From Terriglobia bacterium (lineage in GTDB: Bacteria > Acidobacteriota > Terriglobia > Bryobacterales > Bryobacteraceae), in the NCBI GenBank assembly GCA_963823095.1, contig CAWGKI010000019.1, forward strand, positions 181,129 to 245,128: a stretch of 64,000 nt of DNA, in the 5' to 3' direction. Below the pieces are notes generated by a model. That model was given only the letters and a program-made list of their open reading frames with translations. It did not search any database and was not told the origin of the DNA. The position numbers and the translations under genes are program-made. Below, one piece after another: positions 39,703 to 49,811 of the stretch (the stretch's first letter is position 1; every line of letters begins with the position of its first letter).

Positions 39703-41391
39703 ATGACCAAGCTTGCTCTGTTGTTCAGCGTTTTAGCACCGCTCTCGTTCGGCCAAACCGCGCCTGCTCCGGCCTCTGCCGAGACGCAGAAGAAGGCCAG
39801 CATCGAAGGCGTCGTCATCAACGAAATTACGAAAGAGCCACTGCGCCGCGCGGATATCAAGCTCATGCGCTCTGGTAAAGATGGAGCGGTGATGGGCAAC
39901 AATGCCGCCCTCTCCGCAGTCACCGATGCCGCGGGCAAGTTTCACATCGATAACATCGAGCCCGGCGAGTACTACCTCAACCACTTCAAAGCTGGCTACG
40001 TTCACAGCCGCACCACCTCCGGCTCCTCAACGAGTTTGTTGAAGCTCAGCGCCGGTGAGTCGTTGACGGATTTGCATTACCTGCTACTGCCCCAATCGGT
40101 CGTCGCGGGCCGGGTGATCGATGACGAAGGGGAACCTGTTCAAGGGGCGACCGTTATGCTGATGAGCCCACAGTACCGGCGCGGTTCCGCTCGATTGTCG
40201 CCAGCCGGGTTTGCGCAGACCAATGATCGCGGCGAGTATCGGATTATCGACGTCCCACCCGGCAAGTACTACATTCAGGCGAAAGTCCAGCGGATGATGA
40301 TGGGAGGGGTAATGCCCACCCCCTCCGCCGCCGCAGGAGCGCCCAAAGCTGCCTTCGTTTCCACGTATTACCCAAGCGCCGCGGAGAGCGCGCAAGCGAC
40401 CAGAATCGAGCCTCGTCCAGGACTCGAGCTTTCCGGCCAGGACATAATTCTGCGCAAAGAGAAAGTAGTCAGAATATCCGGTAAGGCTCTGGACTTGGAC
40501 GGCTCTCCAGCCCGGCAAACCTACGTCATGTTGATGGCGGTAGATGAGTTCATGGGTTCGTCCAGTGACACGGGCTCTCCGGTGGACGACAAGGGGAACT
40601 TCACCATCAGTGATGTCCTCCCGGGGCAGTACAACCTCGTGGCCAACCGGACGGACGGACAGGACCGCCAGAGCGCTCATGCCGCCGTGACGGTTGGCGA
40701 CGTTGACGTGACGAACGTCGTCCTGCAAGCATTGCCCGGTCTCGAAGTAAAAGGAGTGATAGTTCTCGAGGGCTCCGAGAAGAAGGATCTTGATTTCTCG
40801 ATGTTCTCTATTGCTCTGAGTTCTAATGAGCCGTCGCCTATTGGCGTCGCCGGGACGCAGGCCAAATCCGACGGCTCGTTCACAATTCCACGGGTATCGC
40901 CCGGCCGCTACACGCTGATTGTCCACTCACGCAAGGGCGCGCATTACGTCCAATCGATTCTCGCCGGCCCAGAAGACGTTTTTGGGAAGGAGGTGGATGC
41001 TGTCGCACTCGCCGCCGGCACTCTGCGAGTCGTTGTGCGTACCGATTGGGCGAGCGTCTCAGGGACAGTAGAGATTTCGGAGGACCGCAAGGCGAGTCTT
41101 GGTTCGCCGACTGTTGTGCTCCTGCCCACGGACTTGCGCATGCGAAGCACAGACGAATTTAAGGTCGCCCAATTCCCCCAGATCCATGGATTCGAGTTCA
41201 AGAACGTCCGGCCGGGCGAATACCTTGCGTTCGCTTTCGAGGACTTCGACTATCGTTCTCTTGAGGACCCCGAAGTGTTCGCTGCCGTCAAAAGCAAGGC
41301 CACCAAGGTTAGCCTAGGGCGGGGCGAGTCCAAGGAACTGGCTCTGAAGATGATCCCCTGGCCGGAGCAGTTCGCCGACCGCATAGAGTAG
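39703..41391 (+). CDS. secreted carboxypeptidase regulatory-like (CarbopepD_reg/Cna-B-fold) multi-domain protein, paralog 1
   Basis: Signal peptide; repeated Ig-like modules each starting G(V/R)V(I/L)D..G.P...A.V (e.g. IEGVVINEITKEPLRRADIKL, VAGRVIDDEGEPVQGATVML). Confidence 0.7.
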   Translation: MTKLALLFSVLAPLSFGQTAPAPASAETQKKASIEGVVINEITKEPLRRADIKLMRSGKDGAVMGNNAALSAVTDAAGKFHIDNIEPGEYYLNHFKAGYVHSRTTSGSSTSLLKLSAGESLTDLHYLLLPQSVVAGRVIDDEGEPVQGATVMLMSPQYRRGSARLSPAGFAQTNDRGEYRIIDVPPGKYYIQAKVQRMMMGGVMPTPSAAAGAPKAAFVSTYYPSAAESAQATRIEPRPGLELSGQDIILRKEKVVRISGKALDLDGSPARQTYVMLMAVDEFMGSSSDTGSPVDDKGNFTISDVLPGQYNLVANRTDGQDRQSAHAAVTVGDVDVTNVVLQALPGLEVKGVIVLEGSEKKDLDFSMFSIALSSNEPSPIGVAGTQAKSDGSFTIPRVSPGRYTLIVHSRKGAHYVQSILAGPEDVFGKEVDAVALAAGTLRVVVRTDWASVSGTVEISEDRKASLGSPTVVLLPTDLRMRSTDEFKVAQFPQIHGFEFKNVRPGEYLAFAFEDFDYRSLEDPEVFAAVKSKATKVSLGRGESKELALKMIPWPEQFADRIE

Positions 41392-41463
41392 CGCGCGACA
41401 ATAGGACCATGCTGGATCTGTCCACGGCAGGCCGAGATTCATCCACGCCCTAATGGAAGCAAA

Positions 41464-43122
41464 TTGGCTAATACACGAGTAGCTCTGCCCATTGTTTTTT
41501 TGGCCGCGCTCTTGCCTTGTCTCGCCCAGGCCCCGGCCGGTGCGCAGATCGACGGCATCGTGGTGGACACCATCACCGGCGCGCCCGTGCGACGCGCGGT
41601 GATCCAGCTCCGTATATCCGGCGGCGGAGGGGCGATCCTGCCATCCGTGGAGAACGCCGACTACGCCGCGGTCACCGGCCCGGATGGCACTTTCCATTTT
41701 GAACAACTCCCGCCCGGCACCTATTCACTGAGCTACTCGAGATCCGGCTATCTGCAGCCGCGCGGCTCTTCCGGATACTCACCCCGCGCGGTTCGCGTCT
41801 CAGTGGGACAGGCCGTGAAGGGCTTGCGTTACGGACTTATCCCCCAGTCCGTCGTCTCTGGACGCGTGCTGGATGACGAAGGCGATCCGGTGGAGGGCGT
41901 TCAGGTTTCGCTGCTCGCTTTCCGCTACTCCGGAGGCGTTCGCCGCCTCGACCGGCTCAGTGAGGTGGGCACCACGAACGACCGCGGGGAATACCGCATT
42001 GCGCATGTCCCGGCTGGCAAATACTTGCTGCAGGCCTCGCTGGACCGGCTGCCTCCGGGCTCGGCGCTGCTCACCGGGCCGCGCACGCCAGGCGCTCCTC
42101 TGCTCACCTTTGCTTCCACGTTTTACCCCGGCGCCGCCGATCCCGGCCAGGCTCTCCGCGTCGAAGTGCACGCCGGTCAGGAACTCTCGGGCATCGACAT
42201 CCCGTTGCAGCGGACGACCATGGTGCGGGTTTCCGGCCGCGTGATCGGACCTGACGGCGCGCCTATGCCGCGGGCTTTCCTCACCTTGTTATCGGCGCAG
42301 TCGCATCTACCTGCCGGCTTCGGGGCGCCGTCCGACGCAGCCGGAAACTTCTCGCTGAACAACGTGCGCTCGGGCAGCTACATGCTCAGCGCGGTCTCCG
42401 GAACGACCAGCATCCTGGTTCCGCTGGAAGTCGGTTCCACCGATATCGCCGGATTCACGGCGCAAGCCAGCCCGACCGTATCCGTGCACGGCTCGGTGGC
42501 TGTTGAAGACGCCGTCCGGAATTTCAATTTGGCAACCGTGAACGTCCAACTCAGATTCGCGGACAGCGGCGCTCCGGCGGCTGCGGTCCGTGCCGAGTCC
42601 GATGGTTCGTTCAATCTGGCGAATCTGTCGCCGGGCCGATATATTGCCAGCGTGTTTTGCGGCACGCCGGGCGCCTACGTTCAATCCATTTCCGCCGGCG
42701 GTGAGGAGTTGCTCGGTCACGATTTCGAACTTGCCGTCGCTTCGGGCGGATTGCGGATCGTGCTTCGCACCGATTCCGCCACGCTCAACGGGACGGTCGA
42801 AGCGCCTAATGCCGCGGTTGGGCAGGCAGATCGGCAAGGCCGTCCATCGGTGATTTTCATTCCCGCCGACCCCCGCCAGCGCGGTGTGGACGCGATCACC
42901 TCGGCGCCGGTCTCTTCGAAGAACAGCTTTGAAGTTCGCGGTCTCCGTCCGGGCGACTATTTGGCTTTCGCCTTCGACGATGTCGATGAGTCGGTGTTGC
43001 AGGATCCCGAGTTCCTCACATCGCTCGAACCGCTTGGGACGCGCGTTCAACTCTCGCCCGGCGCGACGCAAACCGTTACCTTGAAGTGGAATGCATGGCC
43101 GCAGACGGCCGCCGGTAATTGA
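41464..43122 (+). CDS. secreted carboxypeptidase regulatory-like multi-domain protein, paralog 2
   Basis: Same architecture and about 40% identity to 39703-41391 (IDGIVVDTITGAPVRRAVIQL, VSGRVLDDEGDPVEGVQVSLL, C-terminal ..PGDYLAFAFDDVDESVLQDPEF). Confidence 0.7.
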   Translation: MANTRVALPIVFLAALLPCLAQAPAGAQIDGIVVDTITGAPVRRAVIQLRISGGGGAILPSVENADYAAVTGPDGTFHFEQLPPGTYSLSYSRSGYLQPRGSSGYSPRAVRVSVGQAVKGLRYGLIPQSVVSGRVLDDEGDPVEGVQVSLLAFRYSGGVRRLDRLSEVGTTNDRGEYRIAHVPAGKYLLQASLDRLPPGSALLTGPRTPGAPLLTFASTFYPGAADPGQALRVEVHAGQELSGIDIPLQRTTMVRVSGRVIGPDGAPMPRAFLTLLSAQSHLPAGFGAPSDAAGNFSLNNVRSGSYMLSAVSGTTSILVPLEVGSTDIAGFTAQASPTVSVHGSVAVEDAVRNFNLATVNVQLRFADSGAPAAAVRAESDGSFNLANLSPGRYIASVFCGTPGAYVQSISAGGEELLGHDFELAVASGGLRIVLRTDSATLNGTVEAPNAAVGQADRQGRPSVIFIPADPRQRGVDAITSAPVSSKNSFEVRGLRPGDYLAFAFDDVDESVLQDPEFLTSLEPLGTRVQLSPGATQTVTLKWNAWPQTAAGN

Positions 43123-43175
43123 GGCGCCCGTCCGGACTGGACGCTTGCCGCCGAATCTTGAAAGGGCCGATCGAC

Positions 43176-43529
43176 ATGGAACGCACTCTGATCCTCTTCC
43201 AATGGAACGCCGAGGAAGCCGAGGCTCGCGCCGGGAAGATCCGCGCCATCGGATGGACTGTCGAGACCGAATCGGAAGACGGTGCCCGCGGCGTTCGGCG
43301 CGTGCTGGACCATCCGCCTACCGTCGTCGCCCTCGATCTGGCCCGCAGTCCCTCGCACTCTCTGCAGGTGGCCGCCGCGATCCGCAAATACCGCGACATA
43401 CGCCACCTGCCGCTGCTTTTCATCGGAGGGTCGATGCAAAACGTGAGCCGCGCCCAGGAGGCCTTCCGCGGAGCGGCCTTCGTCGTTCCAGACATGCTGC
43501 TGACGCGGCTGGATGGTTTCGACGGGTAG
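43176..43529 (+). CDS. small pseudo-receiver (CheY-like fold lacking the N-terminal acidic pair) protein
   Basis: beta-alpha repeat pattern LILFQWN..TVVALDLAR..PLLFIGGS..AAFVVPD resembling a REC domain, but DD and Lys positions are substituted. Confidence 0.35.
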   Translation: MERTLILFQWNAEEAEARAGKIRAIGWTVETESEDGARGVRRVLDHPPTVVALDLARSPSHSLQVAAAIRKYRDIRHLPLLFIGGSMQNVSRAQEAFRGAAFVVPDMLLTRLDGFDG

Positions 43530-43544
43530 CGCGAAGTCAATTTC

Positions 43545-43655
43545 TGGAGCAACCGTGGGGCGGCGCTCCAGCGCCGCGTGGGCCCTCCAGGGCCTGCAGG
43601 ACCAACCGGAGCGGAGCCTGGAAGCTCCGCGCGGCGCTGGAGCGCCGCCCCACCA
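43545..43655. repeat. palindromic intergenic element related to family B (GTGGGGCGGCGCTCCAGCGCCGCG ... CGCGGCGCTGGAGCGCCGCCCCAC)
   Basis: 24-nt perfect inverted termini flanking a 50-nt palindromic core (ggccctccagggcc, cctgcagg). Confidence 0.35.
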
Positions 43656-43719
43656 GAGCTTTCGTTGATTCACTCCGCCAGATCGGGCGTATTCTAAGGG
43701 CGGAGCGGCGTGGGAAGCG

Positions 43720-44418
43720 ATGCGCCTGCCGGCCCTGATCCTGGCTCTGGCCTGTTGTCCCGCTGGAGCCTCTCGCGGGCAAACGGGTCCGCCATCCCCG
43801 CGCGCGTTGAAGATGCTGCACGAACAGATCGAAGCACGGGGCATTCATCATCCCGGCGTCCTGCGTGCAATGCGCGATACGCCGCGCGAACGCTTCGTCC
43901 CGCCGCTCGAACGCGAACATGCCTACGACGACAACCCGCTCTCGATCGGCTACGGTCAAACCATCTCGCAACCCTACATCGTCGCTTCCATGACCCAGTT
44001 GCTCGATCCCAAACCGGGAGACCGCGTTCTTGAAATCGGGACCGGGTCGGGTTATCAAGCCGCCATCCTTTCGCCCCTGGTCCGGCAGATCTACTCGGTG
44101 GAAATTCTCGAACCGCTCGCCAGGTCCGCGCGCGAACTGCTCACGGAGTTGGGCTACAAAAACATCACGGTGCGCTGCGCAAATGGATGGCTGGGATGGC
44201 CCGAGCTCGCTCCTTTCGACCGGATCATCCTTACTGCCGCGCCGTCCGACATACCGCCCGCGCTCATCCAGCAGCTTCGCCCCGGCGGCCGCCTCGTAGC
44301 GCCAATCGGCGATTCCTCGCAGGAACTGATCGTCGTGGACAAGGATCCGCTGGGCAAACTCCATCGCCGCACGGCGTACCCCGTCGCGTTCGTTCCCATG
44401 GTCGGCAAGCCCAAGTAG
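43720..44418 (+). CDS. pcm: protein-L-isoaspartate O-methyltransferase
   Basis: SAM-binding motifs VLEIGTGSGYQAAIL and ..RIILTAA..; ..GYGQTISQPYIVA..; annotated N-terminal 31 aa look like a signal peptide, alternatively the true start is MLHEQIEARG (43813). Confidence 0.85.
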   Translation: MRLPALILALACCPAGASRGQTGPPSPRALKMLHEQIEARGIHHPGVLRAMRDTPRERFVPPLEREHAYDDNPLSIGYGQTISQPYIVASMTQLLDPKPGDRVLEIGTGSGYQAAILSPLVRQIYSVEILEPLARSARELLTELGYKNITVRCANGWLGWPELAPFDRIILTAAPSDIPPALIQQLRPGGRLVAPIGDSSQELIVVDKDPLGKLHRRTAYPVAFVPMVGKPK

Positions 44419-44465
44419 ACTGGTCCCGCGACTCTCAAGGCTCCCCGGCTGCTATCCTCGGTCTT

Positions 44466-44843
44466 ATGTTGTTCACCGGACTGGAGCACACGGCGATTGC
44501 CTCTCCGAATCCCAAACGACTGGCCGACTGGTACGTCCAGAACCTTGGCTTTGTCATCAATTTCGTATACGACGGGAACTACTTCGTGAAAGCGCCCAAC
44601 GGCGCGATGATCGAGATTATTCCCTCCGAGGGCCCGGCGCTGGGAGCCCAGAGCCGCACGCCCGGCCTGCGTCATGTGGCCGTGACTGTGTCCGATTTCG
44701 ATGCCGCATACGCGGATCTGAAAGAGAAAGGCGTCAGCTTCACGGGCGAGCCCTTCTCGAATCAGGGCAACCGGCTGGTGTTCTTCAAGGATGCCGACGA
44801 GAATCTGCTGCATCTGATCGAGCGAGAACATCCGCTGCCCTGA
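44466..44843 (+). CDS. VOC-family (glyoxalase/bleomycin-resistance fold) protein
   Basis: MLFTGLEHTAIASPNPKRLADWYVQNLGF..HVAVTVSDFDAAYADLKEKGVSF.. typical VOC beta-alpha-beta-beta-beta modules. Confidence 0.7.
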   Translation: MLFTGLEHTAIASPNPKRLADWYVQNLGFVINFVYDGNYFVKAPNGAMIEIIPSEGPALGAQSRTPGLRHVAVTVSDFDAAYADLKEKGVSFTGEPFSNQGNRLVFFKDADENLLHLIEREHPLP

Positions 44844-44856
44844 CGGTACTTGCCGC

Positions 44857-46062
44857 GTGCTGCAACGAGTATTTCAGCCTTTCCAGTCACGGGATTTCCG
44901 GCTCATGTGGTCGGGCGCATGCACGTCCAGCATCGGGACGTGGATGCAGAAACTCGCCCAAAGCTGGCTCGTGCTGCTGCTAGGAGGCTCGCCCTTCTGG
45001 CTCGGACTCGATTCGTTTCTCGGTGAACTGCCGATCTTCACGCTCGCCCTGTTTGCCGGCGTGGCTGCCGATCGTTTCGATCGCAGACGGCTGTTGATCG
45101 GATCGCAGTTCGTTCAGATGAGCTGTGCCTTCGTGCTCTGCGCGCTCTTTGCAACGCATAGCGTGCACGTCTGGCACATCCTCACGCTGTCGTTCATCAC
45201 CGGAACGGCGCAGGCCTTCGGCTCGCCGGCTTACCAGTCCCTGATCCCTGCCTTGGTGCCGCGCGAACAACTGCCGCAGGCCATCGCGATGAACTCGATT
45301 CAGTTCAACCTGGCGCGCCTCATCGGTCCGGTGTTGGGCGGCTTGGCGCTCAGCACGCTCGGCGCGGCGTGGTGTTTCGGACTCAACGGCGTCAGCTTCG
45401 TGGCCGTCATCGTCACGTTGCTGATGATCTCCGTGCGCTACGACTTTCCCAAGACCACGGACACGGTCTTCGAGAGCATGAAACAGGGCGTGCGCTTCAT
45501 CCGGAAGAGCGACCAAATGGTGCTGCTGTTCGTCGTTTCGTTCGCCTGCACCTACCTCGGCATACCGATCCTCACGTTCCTGCCGGTGTTCGCCCGCGAC
45601 ATTTACCATGGCGACGCTAAGACGTTTACGCTGCTGCTCTCCGTGCAAGCCCTCGGCGCGATTGCGGGCGCCATTGTCGTGGCGGCCCGCGGCCGCAAGA
45701 CTGGACTGGGACGTTCGGCCCTTTTCGGTTTGCTGGCGCTGGCGTTTTGCCTCAGCGGCTTCGCCTGGAGCAAGTCCATGCTGGTCGGTTGCGTGTTCCT
45801 GTTCTTCGGCGGTATGGCGCTCATCACCTGTTTCGCCATGCTCAGCTCGCTGGTGCAATTGATCGCTGCCGACGACATGCGCGGGCGCGTGATGAGCGTC
45901 TACAATATTGCCTTCCGGGGAGGCATGCCGATTGGCAGCCTGGTGGCCGGTGCGCTGATTCCGAAATTCGGCGCTCCCAACGTCGTAGGCGCTCACGGCG
46001 TCGCACTGGGGGTGCTTGCCCTGTATCTGTTGCTGATTCACCGGAAACTTGCGTCGATCTGA
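44857..46062 (+). CDS. MFS transporter (EntS/YbdA-like efflux family)
   Basis: 12 predicted TM helices; MFS signature G.LADR.DRRR-like loop (GVAADRFDRRRLL). Confidence 0.85.
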   Translation: MLQRVFQPFQSRDFRLMWSGACTSSIGTWMQKLAQSWLVLLLGGSPFWLGLDSFLGELPIFTLALFAGVAADRFDRRRLLIGSQFVQMSCAFVLCALFATHSVHVWHILTLSFITGTAQAFGSPAYQSLIPALVPREQLPQAIAMNSIQFNLARLIGPVLGGLALSTLGAAWCFGLNGVSFVAVIVTLLMISVRYDFPKTTDTVFESMKQGVRFIRKSDQMVLLFVVSFACTYLGIPILTFLPVFARDIYHGDAKTFTLLLSVQALGAIAGAIVVAARGRKTGLGRSALFGLLALAFCLSGFAWSKSMLVGCVFLFFGGMALITCFAMLSSLVQLIAADDMRGRVMSVYNIAFRGGMPIGSLVAGALIPKFGAPNVVGAHGVALGVLALYLLLIHRKLASI

Positions 46063-46134
46063 GTCCGGTTTTGTCGTTAGAGAAGCAACCCGCGCGTTGC
46101 CGGCCGACGTCTTTACAATAGGAATTCAACCTGC

Positions 46135-46839
46135 ATGAGAAGACTGTTCGCACTAATGACTCCGATTCTGGCCGTCTCGGCCATTGCCCTGGCGCAAGAC
46201 GGGGTGCCGCAAGACTGGCGCAAAGCGCGCGACATCCAGGACCGCGCGGCGCTGGAACGAATCAGCACGGCGGCACAAGCCGCCGCCGATAAGCGCGGCA
46301 ACGATGCCAGGGTGCAATACCAAGCCGCTCTGGCGGAGAGCTTTCGCGCGGAGATTCTCGCCGAGCAGAAGGATAAAAAGGGCTCCGGATCGGCCGCCGA
46401 AAACGGGATCCGATTCGCCGAGAAGGCCGTCAATCTGAGCCCCAACACTGCCGAATATCACCGGATATGGGGTGCGCTCTGCGGCCAGACTATTCCCGCC
46501 AATATCCTGTTCGCGATTCGCTACGGCCACTGCGCCATGGACGAAGTCAACAAGGCCATCCAACTCGACGGCAAGTCTTCCATGGCCTGGGTCAGCAAGG
46601 GAGTAGGCAACTACTACCTGCCCGCGAATTTCGGCGGAGGTCCGGATCAGGCGCTCAAGGACCTGCAAAAGGCTGCGCAACTGGACTCCAATAACCCCGA
46701 CGCCTGGCTGTGGCAAGGGATCGTCTTGCGTAAGCTCAACCGCAACGCGGAGGCTAGAAAGGCATTCGAGAAGTCGCTGGCCCTGGATTCCGCGCGGAAA
46801 TGGGCCAAAGAGCAACTCGACAAGACCCCTCCGCAGTGA
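46135..46839 (+). CDS. secreted TPR-like repeat protein
   Basis: Signal peptide MRRLFALMTPILAVSAIALA; helical repeats with TPR-like AEARKAFEKSLALD motifs. Confidence 0.55.
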   Translation: MRRLFALMTPILAVSAIALAQDGVPQDWRKARDIQDRAALERISTAAQAAADKRGNDARVQYQAALAESFRAEILAEQKDKKGSGSAAENGIRFAEKAVNLSPNTAEYHRIWGALCGQTIPANILFAIRYGHCAMDEVNKAIQLDGKSSMAWVSKGVGNYYLPANFGGGPDQALKDLQKAAQLDSNNPDAWLWQGIVLRKLNRNAEARKAFEKSLALDSARKWAKEQLDKTPPQ

Positions 46840-48500
46840 CTCGTCCGCACTTAGCCACGGCTGTCGCTCTCGGCGCGTTCACGCTCCTGACTTATTTCCA
46901 ATTCCCGGGCCACACATGGCTGCAGCAGGACAGCCAGATCTACGTCGCGATGCTCGAGCATCTCGACAATCCGGCGACGCTTGCGCGCGATCTGCTCTGC
47001 GTTCATCCGCATGTCAAGTGGACCGCCTTCGACGAGATCGCCCGGACGCTGCACGCCGTCACCGGCTTGGCTTATCCGGCGGTCTTCGCCGCCCAGATGC
47101 TGCTGTTCCGGTTCCTGGCTCTGATGGGCGTCTTCATGCTGGCCGGGTCTGCCGGACTGAACCGGATCGGCGCTACATTTGTCGCGTTCCTGTTTGGGCT
47201 CGGCCTGTTTGTGGGAGGCCCGGAGATCCTCACTGTCGAGTACGAGGCCGTGCCGCGCGGTTTTGCGTTGTCGCTGATTCTGGCAGCTCTGGGCTATGGG
47301 GTCTACCGGCGGTGGAGGATCTCGGTAGCGTTCGCCGCCGTGGCGTTGTTGTACCACCCGCCGACGAGCGCTCCATACTGGCTGGCCGTGGTCGTCTATG
47401 CGCTGGCGCTGCAGCGTCCGAAGGCGCTTTGGACGGCATTGGCAGGCTTTTCAGCCGCCTGCGCCATTTTGCTGGCCCTCGCCGCTCTACAAGCGGGTGA
47501 GCACGAGTCCCAACCGCTCTTTTCCGTGATCCCCTCCGATCTGGTCCCGCTTCTACGTCACCGCGGCAGCTACGTCTGGGTCGATCTCTGGAAGCCCGAT
47601 TGGATGTGGCAGCATCTTCTGCTCGGGGTCTTCGCGACCGGCGCCTGGCTCCGATTGCGGCGCGAGATCACCAAGGAGCTGTCGGCGCTCAGTGCGACGC
47701 TGCTGCTCTATGGGATGTTATCGGTGCCGCTCTCCTGGCTCTTCGTGAACTACATGCAGTGGAGCATGATGCCGCAGTTTCAGCCCGCCCGCGCGGTGGT
47801 TTTCATCTATATCTTCGCGGTGACTCTGGGCGGCGCGGCCGCCTGGTCGGCGTCGCGGCGTGGCTTGTGGCTGGAGAGCGCGGCGTGGCTGCTGCCGCTA
47901 TTTGCTATCACGGTCAACCGGCTTGCTCTGGGTCTGATCACCCGAGTCTTTTCGGATCCTGTCGCGCAGCGCCGTCTGTTACTAGCAATGGGTCTGGCGT
48001 TTGCCACGGCCGGCGCTGCCGCGCTTGCCGCGCGCTGGCCGAAGACAGCTTCCGCGGCATTGCTTGTCCCGGTCGCCGCGGCCTTCCTGATACCCGGCTT
48101 CGGCCAGCTCGGGAACTATCCGCAACTGCATACGCCGGAACTCGCGGCCCTCACCGGTTGGGCCGCTGCCCATACTCTACCCGACGCGATGTTCCACTTC
48201 GCCGACGCCGGCCATGCCACTACTCCCGGCATCTTCCGGGCCGAGGCTCGGCGCGCTCTGTACGTCGACTGGAAAGGTGGCGGACAGGTCAATCAGAACT
48301 GGGACTTCGCCCGGGAATGGCAACGCCGTTGGAATTGGGCAGGGGAGGCCAGGACGCCCCTACGTCCCGCCACGGAATACGCCACGGCCGGCATCGACTT
48401 CATCGTGCTAGGCACGGCGAACGACCTGCCCGGGTTGCAGCCGGTCTATGCCAACGCGTCGTGGAAGGTATTCGATGTCAGTTTGAGCGCTTCTCACTGA
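46800..48500 (+). CDS. polytopic integral membrane protein of unknown function (start uncertain; GTG 46836 plausible)
   Basis: More than 10 hydrophobic helices; no conserved motif recognised. Confidence 0.5.
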   Translation: MGQRATRQDPSAVTRPHLATAVALGAFTLLTYFQFPGHTWLQQDSQIYVAMLEHLDNPATLARDLLCVHPHVKWTAFDEIARTLHAVTGLAYPAVFAAQMLLFRFLALMGVFMLAGSAGLNRIGATFVAFLFGLGLFVGGPEILTVEYEAVPRGFALSLILAALGYGVYRRWRISVAFAAVALLYHPPTSAPYWLAVVVYALALQRPKALWTALAGFSAACAILLALAALQAGEHESQPLFSVIPSDLVPLLRHRGSYVWVDLWKPDWMWQHLLLGVFATGAWLRLRREITKELSALSATLLLYGMLSVPLSWLFVNYMQWSMMPQFQPARAVVFIYIFAVTLGGAAAWSASRRGLWLESAAWLLPLFAITVNRLALGLITRVFSDPVAQRRLLLAMGLAFATAGAAALAARWPKTASAALLVPVAAAFLIPGFGQLGNYPQLHTPELAALTGWAAAHTLPDAMFHFADAGHATTPGIFRAEARRALYVDWKGGGQVNQNWDFAREWQRRWNWAGEARTPLRPATEYATAGIDFIVLGTANDLPGLQPVYANASWKVFDVSLSASH

Positions 48501-49441
48501 CGCCGTTCGTTGACGAAGGCATCCACCTCATCCCTCGACGGAGCCGACGATTGCGCGCCTAACCGGGTCACGGAGATCGCCGCCGCCGCGTTGGCGAAAC
48601 GCAGCGCTTCCCGCATCGGCATGTTCTCGCACAGCGCGACGCCCAACGCGGCGTTGAACGTGTCGCCGGCGGCCGTGGTATCCACTGCCTTGACGGGGAA
48701 TCCCGGAGCTACGAACTCCGTGTCGCTGTGCGAATAGAGGCAGCCTTGATCTCCCAGTTTCACGATGACGGCCCGCGGCCCCAGCGCCCGGAGGGCCTGC
48801 GCCATCTCCCGCGCCTCTGCGAGACCTACACGGGCCGGCGGACGGTCCAGAAGGATGCAGGCTTCGCTCTCGTTCGGGGTCAGTACATCTACCAGCGCGA
48901 GCAGCGAGGCGGGCAGCGGACGCGCCGGCGCGGGATCCAGTACCGTCACCGCTCCGGCTTCTCGCGACGCCCGTAGAGCGGCTTCTACCGTCTCAATGGG
49001 GGTCTCCAGTTGGAACAGCGAGACTGCGGCCGACGCGTACACTTCGTGGAACGATTCAACGTCAGATGGAGACAATTCAGCGTTCGCGCCCCCAGCGACG
49101 ATAATCGAGTTCTGGCCTGAATTCTCCACCCAGATTTCGGCGATGCCCGTCGCCTGGCCCTGCGTCGAAGAAACGCTCGACACATCCACGCCGGCTTCCG
49201 CCAGGCTGGATTTCAGGTGATCGGCGAACGTGTCGTAGCCGACCCGTCCCACCATCCGGACTCGCGCATTCCTGGCCAGCTTGCCCGCGGCGCAGGCCTG
49301 GTTCGCGCCCTTGCCTCCGGGGATCATTCGGAAGTCGTGCCCGAGCGCGGTCTCGCCCGGCGCGGGCAAGCGGTCCACTTGAACCACGAAGTCCATGTTG
49401 AGGCTGCCGGTGACGGCTAGGGTCTTGGTTGCGTTTGGCAC
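48494..49441 (-). CDS. rbsK: ribokinase (PfkB family carbohydrate kinase)
   Basis: N-terminal ..LAVTGSLNMDFVVQV..PGGKGANQA.. and C-terminal DTTAAGDTFNAAL anion-hole motifs; ORF extends to 49627 but ribokinase-like start is at about 49441. Confidence 0.85.
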   Translation of the reverse strand: MPNATKTLAVTGSLNMDFVVQVDRLPAPGETALGHDFRMIPGGKGANQACAAGKLARNARVRMVGRVGYDTFADHLKSSLAEAGVDVSSVSSTQGQATGIAEIWVENSGQNSIIVAGGANAELSPSDVESFHEVYASAAVSLFQLETPIETVEAALRASREAGAVTVLDPAPARPLPASLLALVDVLTPNESEACILLDRPPARVGLAEAREMAQALRALGPRAVIVKLGDQGCLYSHSDTEFVAPGFPVKAVDTTAAGDTFNAALGVALCENMPMREALRFANAAAAISVTRLGAQSSAPSRDEVDAFVNERRQ

Positions 49442-49811
49442 GCTTCGTATTCTATGCGAAGCGCCGCGCACACATACCGAGGTCAGCGGAACACGAGCCG
49501 GAAGCCACTGCGGTCGTGGCTCCGGTTCGGCGTTAGCCGACCCCCCAGCACCGAGCCGCGAATGAAAAGAGCGGTCTCCTGGATGTGGCCTCGGCGCTGC
49601 ATTGTTTTCGAACAGCAACGCGATCATGGAGTGGGAACCACGTCGCGGGGGTAATGCCCCGAGGGACCTGCTCGTTTCATTCGCGGCTCGGTGCTACCGG
49701 CGGCTCGGTGCTGGAGGGGGCTGCGTCTCTAAGGCCTACTGGTTCACGGAGCACGTAAACGCCCAGGAACGGCAGCGGCGTTGCCGTTTGACTCTGTGGG
49801 ACCGCGGAAAC

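Noticed and set aside
43720-43812. Signal-peptide-like N-terminal extension of Pcm
   Set aside because: May simply be upstream non-coding sequence read in frame; canonical Pcm start MLHEQIEARG at 43813 is equally plausible, so not claimed as a secreted Pcm
43047-44364. 265-aa and 275-aa minus-strand ORFs
   Set aside because: Antisense to the CarbopepD_reg paralog end, the pseudo-receiver gene and pcm; Arg-rich junk translation
44980-46041. 353-aa minus-strand ORF
   Set aside because: Antisense to the MFS transporter; highly charged low-complexity product
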